From: Catajapyx aquilonaris
Lineage: Eukaryota
Assembly: GCA_000934665.2 (NCBI GenBank)
Contig: JYFJ02000337.1
Location: 62,001 to 126,000, forward strand
Direction of reading: 5' to 3'
Length of the DNA: 64,000 nt
The notes beneath the pieces were generated by a model. It worked only from the letters and a program-made list of their open reading frames with translations. It was not told the DNA's origin and made no database searches. This document shows, in pieces, positions 55,099 through 64,000 of the stretch. Positions within the stretch are counted from its first letter, which is position 1; every line of letters begins with the position of its first letter. The position numbers and the translations under genes were made by a program.

Positions 55099-56761
55099 CC
55101 TTCCCGAACGCCTGTCGGAGGACGGATCCTTCCAGGGGACAAGGATCTGTCTTTTCCCGCCACTCTCTTTTTGCACCATGCCGATTTGGATGGTTTTGCG
55201 GAAGGCAGGTCATTTTTATGGGAGATCCGGGGATTGGATCTAGTGTTGCTGGCATATGAGCAGGGTACAGACCGAGTCATACCGTTAAAATTGATGGGAG
55301 CACGAAAAGTGGACAAGTGATGCTTGATGCCAATGAAACCATTCGTTTGCATTTGGGACGGTATAATCTACTGGATGACAGCATTGAAGGCTTAGTGTGA
55401 CATGAATTGCAGAGGGGTAAAAATACGTCAGTTGTACAATTAGCCACAAAATTATTAGTCCCTGAGGGCCTGAGTTATTCAAATGGGATTAAAAATTAAT
55501 TTTAAATTTGGATTTTGAAAATTAACAGTTACCAGCAATTTTTAGGTTTTCAAAAAATCGACTCGTATTAACCCCACTTTTTGATATGACTGTCAAAATT
55601 TAAAGGACAGATGAACATAATGTAATCTCAAAGGCATACACGGATTGTTAACCATTTTATTTGCTTACACCTTGCTATAGGGTCATATGTCCTTTTAGGA
55701 AGACAGTTTTCTCCTTTTTGAATTAATTATTACATAAGTTCGGTTTGATTTATTAAGATAAATCCAAGGGAACTATGGCTATCTGGCTGGAAAGGTGGTC
55801 GACAGACAGAAACGAAGAGAAAAAAAGAAGAGAGGAAAGAATGGTATCTCTCTTAATCTGTCTCCTAACTCCATAAGTAACTCACATAATTCAAATGTCG
55901 ATTCATTTGATGCAGGCTTACAGTTAACCACGAAGCCACAAAACATAATAGATACCGATCTTTCATACAGTTTGAAATACACGAACCATCTTATTTGGTC
56001 GGTGTGTATTCAAATACCGTAGTTCACATGAGGTACTAAAATTTTGGGCCATCACATTACATACAGCCTAACTCTGGAATAAAATGTAACACCAACTCTT
56101 GCAAATCTACATGTCATATTGTGCCCCCCAATAGATCGCTGCAAACGGCCGCCTGGTATACCTGCAGAGGCATCATCCCTTCCACATAATTTCACGGGTC
56201 AAATCAAAGTCCGACCCAACTGTAATCAACCAATGTTCCGTTTGTACTCTACGAACCCCCTCCATATGATTGCCACACGACCAAGCTGCCGGTGGGCCCT
56301 AGATCCTCGCAATGCCCTTGACGAAAGGCCGACAAAGCAAACAAGTTCGCATGACCGACCCAAAATAAAACATTTACCTCACGGGCACTTTCCCACATTA
56401 TGGATTCACACACTGGCGACTCTTCCTTGGCCCTCCCTCGATCCGCATACCCTTACCCTCCCACCGCCCCTTCTGTGAACGTTATTGTGGGGTTGTGTGA
56501 CGTAGGCAAGGTCTCCACCTTCCGATGCCCCCGTCCACCGCTTTTTAAGTTTAGTCGTTCGTTGGACGTGCACCAGTCACGTGTGCCTGGTTTCGTCTCC
56601 CGGGCTATTTTATTTTGTGAGCGTGTCATACCTGGGGTGACACCGTGGAGTGCCTAGAGTTGGTCGGTGTCGAGGGTGGGGGAGGGGGTGGCGGGGGCGG
56701 TGGTGGTACCGGTGGTGAAGGTGCCAGTGGCGGAATGTGGTGCCAGTTCGATCAGGATACC

Positions 56762-56839
56762 ATGCCGGTCAGTGAGGATGAGGTGGACCAGAAGGGACCG
56801 TCCAATCCGTCGGCCATCAGCAAGGCGGAGCAGAGAAGG
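56762..56839 (+). CDS. dpn: deadpan coding exon 1
   Basis: ACC-ATG context; MPVSEDE...SKAEQRR; donor GTTAGT at 56840. Confidence 0.82.
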
Positions 56840-59800
56840 GTTAGTTTGGAACATGCAGAAAATGTGGTTTGAAATTCGCGCCGGAGGGAATCGCCGGGTG
56901 ACGTCAGATCAGGGGGGGTTAACGAGCTGTTTGACGCAGCAACTGAAACTGGGGTTAACTCTCAACTGGCAGTTAAAACACAGTACATAAGATGCAGACG
57001 TAGGGATGATGTGAATGCATCTGTCATGACGTCCGTCGGGTCATGTAATCATAATAATAATATTATGACCTCGGGTAATTATATACTTTGTACTGTACGC
57101 AAACACCTTAGAGGGCAAAAATAAATAAACAAGGTTTTGTGTACGATGTCGACGAGCTCTCCCGACATGTATGATTAAAAAACACGTTTTGAAATGTTTG
57201 ACACGACTCCTAACCTTACATCGCTGGTGACGTCTATATGCGTAGGTAGTTGATTGACCAAATATATGACGACCTCTTTAGTACACTTGCGCCATACGTC
57301 ACATCACTTGAGTACACGGCGATACTGTCAAGATATTTTCTCTTGTAAGGTGTACTGTGCAATCTGATTTAGCTATAGGTAAGTCTGCAAGGAGTGCAGC
57401 CGTAGCATATGATAAAACCTGAACAATTTAAATGTAAGAACTGGCAGAAAACACTACAGTAGCTCCTCTTAAACTGTTAAACTTTTAAATAATATGAAAT
57501 AATTTATTGTAATTTGTGGTTCAGGATGCATGAAAAGTACAGGAAAATGCGCCTATTACGTAATAGTATTAATGAAACGCGTTTTATGTATTAAACATGA
57601 TAAACAAGTAATACAATATTGCAAATATTAATACTCTCTTATACAATTTACCAGATATAGCCTGCAGCCCTACACCAACTGCTTATTTTTAATTTTAGGT
57701 GTGATACAGAATAATGACTAATTAGTAGACTGTTAGAACTTCCCGTCATACAAGCCGTGTAAAATTCACATTTTCAAATACAGTAATAATTAGGCCACTC
57801 ACGACACATGTTTTCAAGTGAGTATATAGTTGACGAGTGATGAACTGATGATCTATCTCCTGGTCCTGGACATCGAGTTTTATACCACACTGAATTTATA
57901 TCTATATACCCTATGAGGTGGCCTTTCTTCATCACTTTCGTGCTTCAACAATATAAGAACTGAACCGAATCAGGTCTTCAGGAAATATAATTTCTCAATT
58001 TGGGTCGTAGTGACAGTCACCACTCACTACGGGTCCGTGTTTTTCCCCCCCCTTCTCAGTTGACCTTCACGTGAACTATCAGAAACGGGAGAGAAGTCAG
58101 TCTCAGGGGTGTATGTGAGACAGGGTGCAAAAAAAGACAGGATCGTGTTTCCTCCCAGATTTAGGTTACTTGCGAATTCCTCAAAGGAAATTGCCGCAGC
58201 TGATTTTGGCGTATTCAGTTTCATATGGGAAAGAATATTGCGTGCCTGCTTTGCTGCGTCATCCTCGTGAAGTCGTGAATCGCATGTAACATCCTGCGGG
58301 TTATGCCACCCCCAATCACCTGCACTGGAGGAATCGTCTAACGCGGAGAATTTTATTTACATGCAAGACTACAATAATAACAACCACAACAAATTAATTA
58401 ATTCTCTGGAGTAATTTGACGCGCATGCCGCCAGGAATGTATAAGTCTCCTGTCGATTTGAACCCTATATTATATCTGTCTCGTAGAACGCTCGTATGAA
58501 AATCCCCCTCCCCTAATCCCTCGTCACACACATACATCACTTGCAAAGACAATAGGGGCGAAAAAAATTACGGCCAGACGTCAAACAAAAATTGCCTGCA
58601 ATTAATTTCGCAACGTAATTCTGTTTCCCGTCATAACACTTCTTTCAACACATATCCAGTAACCTTCTGAAATGGTTCTCACAGTCTTTTATGTGAATTA
58701 CCCTCACTCGGCCAGATGTCATGAACCTTCTTAGTCTTCCGGAACCCAAGCATCATTCGTATAGTGACTATCCTGATCTTACAGTGAAACGACCTGTTAT
58801 TTTTTCTCTTCTTTTCTGTCGCCATCTGTCCCACCTTTGCATCAGATAGTTGCTTTGGCTCCTTCCTAATAAACCTAAATGTAAACCTCAGATAGTATGT
58901 CTTGATGTCAAAAAATGTTCCGGACAAACGTATCTTTTGGCTGTACAGGACCGTACATCATCTTCAGCAAGGTTTTGTTATGTCAACTTTCTATAGAATG
59001 CTGATGGACGTATCACGCCAATAGCATCGCCCTAATTGTTGACATGGGAATGATTACACATTGACCCTAGTGAAGACTATTTACATAATTATGTGCAACT
59101 TTGTAGGATAAAGAGGCTACTCATCACTTATAGCATGTATGCATAAGCTTGTAAGCTGTTGCCATACTCACAAACTTTGATCAGACCACACAAGTACAAC
59201 TGAACACGTAACGCGACCTTTGTCTCCTCCGGACAGGTATCAGGTGCGTCTTACTGAGGTCATTAACGCTGCTAATCTAGACTCTTGATTGATAATTTTA
59301 AATCCACATGTCAGCCATGTCATTAATTAGCCTGCCTTATCATTACAGAGCAACAAGCCGATCATGGAGAAGAGGAGGCGGGCCAGGATTAATCACTGCC
59401 TCAACGATCTCAAAACACTCATCTTGGAGGCAATGAAGAAAGACGTAAGTGATAACCTAGGTTTTTACATAAGTTTTACTTAGACTTCAGAAGACACCGG
59501 AGGAATGTAAATGGTCGCAATATCAGGGGAAGATAAACGAACTGATAAGAAGGGTTATTAATACCGGACCTGTAATGGCATGTTTCTTGAAGACTTCTGG
59601 AAATTAGTTATGATGATGCTAGCGACTCTATTTTTAGAGCAGACTATTAGAAAGCTGTAGGTTATTCAGTGAGTTTATGCCATCTTAATTCCTTCCAAAA
59701 GGCTCATTTATGTCCGGTAGCACAATAGTGAGGTTGGTTAATCCATCGATAAATTACACGCCAATTACCCCCCTAGTGGCTACGCCCTCTTCAGACAATC

Positions 59801-62800
59801 ACGAACCCATCTAACGGTCGCTCAAATTATTCAGTGCTTTCCTCTACATTGCCCACCCTAACCCAAATTGGTTCCTTCTATACAAAAAAAAAGTAGGCTA
59901 ATAACTGTCACCAAGTGCAGGAACGTACTTTTCCCACGCTCCACACTACTACTAATGTAGCAGTATAGTCTTGACTCGCCAATTTTTATGGGGTCAAATG
60001 ATTGCACTTAATATGCATAAAAATTGTTGATAAGTGCATTCAATGCATATTGTAAAAAAATTGCATTTTTTGACAATAAACCTTGAATGCAATGTATGAT
60101 AAGAGTGAATCTCAATAATTTGAATAATTCAGCCTATGATAGAATTGAAATAATTGAACCTACGTGATATGAGCACGTTTCAGTCAAATATATGACTAAA
60201 ACACATTGTCAATCCATATTCGGAACCACACAAAATGCGTCATAGTATCCAGTGTCCGTTATATAGGCAGGATTTATTGCCCACATTGACTGCTTTCTAG
60301 TGATGTGGGTGTCTACATATTGGCAATCAACCACACGTTTTCAGAACCAGTGTCTCCTTCCCATAATCTAGGGCTGATCGGAATGTCGCCCCTGACACGA
60401 AACACCGTCGCTTTTCCTTCAAAAAATTGACGGTTGGCACATTCTTTTTTTTTTGTCGCTGCAATGACAAACGCAAGCAAGTACCCCCAGATTATCGCAC
60501 GTTGAATAATCCCGATGATTAGTCATGTCGAAACCACCTCTTCTGGCAACCTTCCCCTTCTGGTCTCTCCCCCTCTCTTTTTATTACTGAAAAGGTCTTG
60601 AAGAGGAGGGGGTTAGAGTGTACCTAGTGTAAAGGAGCCGTATCTCCCCACTTTTTCCCACCGTGGATGCCGAGGGTGCGATCTGCAACCAAGGCAATCC
60701 GGATGGACGAGAAAAAGGAACAAGAGGAGCCAGTTTCGCCCTGTTGGACATTCCCAAGACCCCGCTGCACTGCCAACAATCTAATTAATCCCACGGTTCT
60801 AGGGGGTAATTAGGCCCTGTTAGACTTGCTTCCTTTACCGGACATCCACTCCTGGACTGGGGGGAACAGGAGAGAGGAGGGGAGGACATTACACCCCGCC
60901 CTTTTCTTCCCTTGGATATATCTTCCCAAGACCAGTTTCAATGGAACTTGTCTGCAACCTACAGATTCTTCACGGGTTGAAAGTCATAACTCCGGGAGTA
61001 GGTGACAACTCGGCACAAATGAATTTGTTTCTCACGTGGGAAAGGAAGCGGGGCACTGTGTCCTATCATGGGAAAATGTCCAACGATGATGTCCAGAAAT
61101 AAGGGACGAATTGATTGCGTCAGAAACCAACGGAATTATGATATTCACATTAAGAATTTAAAAGAACTGGAGGTAATGTACCACCCTGTAGTAACAACAT
61201 CCTTCATGTTACAGCCAGCACGACATTCGAAGCTGGAGAAGGCAGATATCCTGGAAATGACTGTGAAGCACCTGCAGACTGTCCAGAGGCAGCAGCTCGC
61301 CATTGCTGTGGCTACTGATCCATCGGTGTTGCTCAAATTTAAGACTGGATTTAGCGAGTGTGCTGCTGAAGTAGGTTTGCCAGCTGCTATTGCGTTTCAT
61401 GAGACTAACCAGATGTTGCTTTGTGCAGGTCAGTAGGTATATCAGTCGCATTGAAGGAGTTGACCCAGCTGTCCGGCAGAGACTGCTGTCCCATCTGGCC
61501 CATTGTGTCAATGGACTGCAGCAGCTTACTCCTCTGACCTTTGGCGCTGTCACAGCTCCAGGACTGGCCAACTACCCGATTGGAACCGCAGTCAGTTCCA
61601 CTCTGGCCAACGGTGGACTTCCATCCGTGTTGCCACAGGTTAGTTACACGCTTGATGCCAAGCACTGATAGAAAACAAGCACTAACAACTTTTTGATACT
61701 TGTTGTAACTGAACTACTTTTTCTAGACTAACTCCTGACAAAACAGATTATAGTTGGTGATTTATATTAGTCTTCAGTGTCAGTCTCAATCATGTGATGA
61801 ATTGCTGTTTATTAATTTAGGTTGGATTACCCTCTTGCGATGCCCTTGCTGGAGCATATTATTAACTTAATTTTTTGAGAATGTGGCACTGAACTTATTG
61901 AATTGTTAAGAACTAGAAACAATGGGTGGAATTTTCGTCACACTGCCAGTTACTCTACTGCTAACTTATCAGTTCCAGTGTAGTGCATTACTGGTACTGC
62001 TAAGCTAGCACCAACTAGCAGGGCAAGGAAAATAAATTCCACCCAATGGCAGTAACAAAGTATTGTCTCTTGAACATTAGTAAGATTATTGAGCTTGAGT
62101 TATGGTAGATTTACCTAAATTAATACATTCAGATGGCAAATAAATGTACGATTTTTACGTCATTGCAGGTTCCATTTCCAGCAGGCGATGTGAACAACAA
62201 CCATTCCCGACTGATGAATGGCCTGCAGCTGATCCCAAGCCGGCTGCCTAGTGGTGAACTTGCTCTTCTCCTGCCCAGTGGAACTCACATGAATGGGGTT
62301 CTTCCCTTCTTCTCTCCTGCAACCACCACCACTGCAACATCCACCGCAACAGCAGCCACTGCACCTGCAATTCCTACTGCCACTATCACAAGTGCCACCA
62401 TCAATGACCGCTCACATCCAAGTGCCTTCACTGCTGTGCTCCGCTGCCAAAGTCCACTCTCTACCAGCAGTGGGACCGAATCCCAGTCACCTAAGCAGGC
62501 TGCCAGTCCTACATCGTCAGCACCACTCTCCGGTTCAGACACTGATGTCAGATACTCAGGAACAGCCACCATAACATCGGCTGGAAATGCATTTCACTTC
62601 CCAGATGCCCCATGTGTCAATGATACTGCATTTCCAAGCACATCATGGAGCAATGAATCGCGGCAGAGCAAGGTCATTGTCAACCACGTGAACCACAACA
62701 ATGCTGAAAACAAGGACCCACTCGACTTTTCCATCAAGGGCATGAAGCGGCCAGCTGATGAAGTGCCGGACGGTGCTCCTCCTATCAAGATGGAGAAGGC

Positions 62801-62939
62801 CGCATTGCCATACGTGGGCATGCGTGAGAATGCAAAGGTGGTGCGAGTGGAGCCTCTCAGGCCTCAAAGGTACCTTCTGGTGCAGGACTTGTCCCAGCCA
62901 TCCACATCGGCCAACAAGGACATGTGGAGGCCGTGGTAA
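56762..62939 (+). CDS. dpn: deadpan-like HES bHLH-Orange-WRPW repressor, join(56762..56839,59349..59444,61215..61370,61429..61638,62169..62939), about 436 aa
   Basis: Spliced product reads [86 protein letters not shown]...[31 protein letters not shown]...|...[17 protein letters not shown]...[31 protein letters not shown] and IPSRLPSGE match Deadpan better than Hairy as I recall them. All four introns are GT-AG, phase 0. Alternative in-frame ATG at 56735. Confidence 0.9.
59349..59444 (+). CDS. dpn: deadpan coding exon 2 (basic region and helix 1)
   Basis: 96 nt; TTACAG|AGC AAC AAG CCG ATC ATG...AAA GAC|GTAAGT; not in the ORF track. Confidence 0.95.
61029..61042. promoter_or_regulatory. overlapping inverted Su(H) sites around a CACGTG E-box, deadpan intron 2
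   Basis: TTCTCACGTGGGAA = TTCTCACG + CGTGGGAA sharing a CG. Confidence 0.55.
61215..61370 (+). CDS. dpn: deadpan coding exon 3 (helix 2, start of Orange)
   Basis: TTACAG|CCA GCA CGA...GCT GAA|GTAGGT; 52 codons. Confidence 0.93.
61429..61638 (+). CDS. dpn: deadpan coding exon 4 (rest of Orange)
   Basis: Follows a 58-nt intron with a CTAAC branch-point motif and TGCAG acceptor; [10 protein letters not shown]...SVLPQ; donor GTTAGT. Confidence 0.9.
62169..62939 (+). CDS. dpn: deadpan coding exon 5 (C-terminal region, WRPW)
   Basis: TTGCAG|GTT CCA; contains [17 protein letters not shown] and ends MWRPW-TAA. Confidence 0.93.
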   Translation, partial: VPFPAGDVNNNHSRLMNGLQLIPSRLPSGELALLLPSGTHMNGVLPFFSPATTTTATSTATAATAPAIPTATITSATINDRSHPSAFTAVLRCQSPLSTSSGTESQSPKQAASPTSSAPLSGSDTDVRYSGTATITSAGNAFHFPDAPCVNDTAFPSTSWSNESRQSKVIVNHVNHNNAENKDPLDFSIKGMKRPADEVPDGAPPIKMEKAALPYVGMRENAKVVRVEPLRPQRYLLVQDLSQPSTSANKDMWRPW

Positions 62940-64000
62940 AAAGTTGCCATTTGGACACCACTTAAAGCTGTGAAGGAGTACAAATCTGTCATGTTCCTGC
63001 TGACACTTGTTCAAGTCTGTGATCTTAAAACATTTCCCAATATTCCATGTCGTAGTTATCTCTCTTGCTTGCTAGGGAGGGTCATCTATAAACTAGCATA
63101 ATTCATATTGATGGTTGAGTGATGCTCAAACGACTGAGCTGCAAATGTGACACTTTCTTTTAAACTTGTTGAAGGATAAAAATTTATAAGGAGTTTGTTG
63201 TACTTGCATGTAAGCATTTATAGCCTATGGTAGGTGAAGTTGTTGAAGTTTGATGAGGTAATGGTGAAGAAGGGCTGAAGCTGAAACATCAATATGAAAC
63301 TAATGAGCAGCCTCTCACAAATATATCAGTATCAGTGATGACAAGATATGTTTAATTGAGAGCTTGTGCCTTTCTGTTTCTTGAATCTGTCAATGATAGA
63401 ACTGACGTTGCATACCATATTCATTAAGTTCATTAAAATTAGCTTAAATTCATTAAGTCCTCAACATCATGCTGATTTTTGCCCTCTTGACTCCTTTTGT
63501 TGACTTGCCCACACATGTAGTGTTACGGAGAGAATTTCTGATGCTTCTGAATGGGCTCCGTCATGTTTTGCTTTCTTGGCAGGCAGTGCAATTATCGAGC
63601 AAAGTAATGTAAAATTAACAAGTGCCAACATTACAGGAGAAAACAAGGAGGGCATGCCCTTTTAAGACATGATTTTTAAAATAAATACTGCAACAGATTC
63701 AACACTGGTTGATTACTTAGAGCACATCCGATAAATTTAGTCCTAAGTGATCAATTTGTGATCAGATTTCAGTTCCACTGTTATCAACCAGAGGAAGAGC
63801 CATGATGCAGTCCTGTTCTGTCTCATTAATTTCCTGAAATATGCAATGAAACTTCAAAAACTAGTGGAACTGCTTTGCCGATCAAAGAAGTTGGATGTGG
63901 TAACCTGTCCTCTCTCTGTAGTAAACAGAACTTTGTAGTTATTTAATTCGACATCTCCTTGTGCCATTACACTGAATATGCACATGCACTGGCATTTCAT

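Noticed and set aside
58920..58970. hammerhead-like CTGAAGA-stem-loop on the minus strand in dpn intron 1
   Set aside because: The required GAAA core reads CAAAAG and no stem III or cleavage triplet is evident; at most a decayed relic
1..64000. prokaryotic systems such as CRISPR arrays, operons or rRNA
   Set aside because: The DNA is eukaryotic with spliceosomal introns; no repeat-spacer array or rRNA motifs seen

Overview
Animal (probably non-dipteran arthropod) genomic DNA. It holds two spliced, divergently transcribed HES-family bHLH-Orange-WRPW repressor genes. A hairy-like gene lies on the minus strand (3 coding exons, 12601-13670, about 310 aa) and a deadpan-like gene on the plus strand (5 coding exons, 56762-62939, about 436 aa). 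About 43 kb with no recognisable gene separates them, and it is rich in Su(H)/CSL sites. Most notable: (1) a 23-nt site in the presumed hairy 3'UTR pairs with miR-7 at nt 2-8 and 13-23 around a central 4-nt mismatch, the architecture of a miRNA-degradation trigger, and is flanked by an 8mer miR-124 site and a Pumilio element; (2) a Su(H) paired site with an overlapping N-box lies upstream of deadpan and resembles the vertebrate Hes1 promoter; (3) the hairy-deadpan head-to-head linkage itself. Minor features are a TA-flanked MITE, degraded SINE/LINE-like fragments and a 7-N gap. Orthology, miRNA and motif calls rest on recalled family knowledge, not database searches. UTR ends and transcription starts cannot be fixed from sequence alone.
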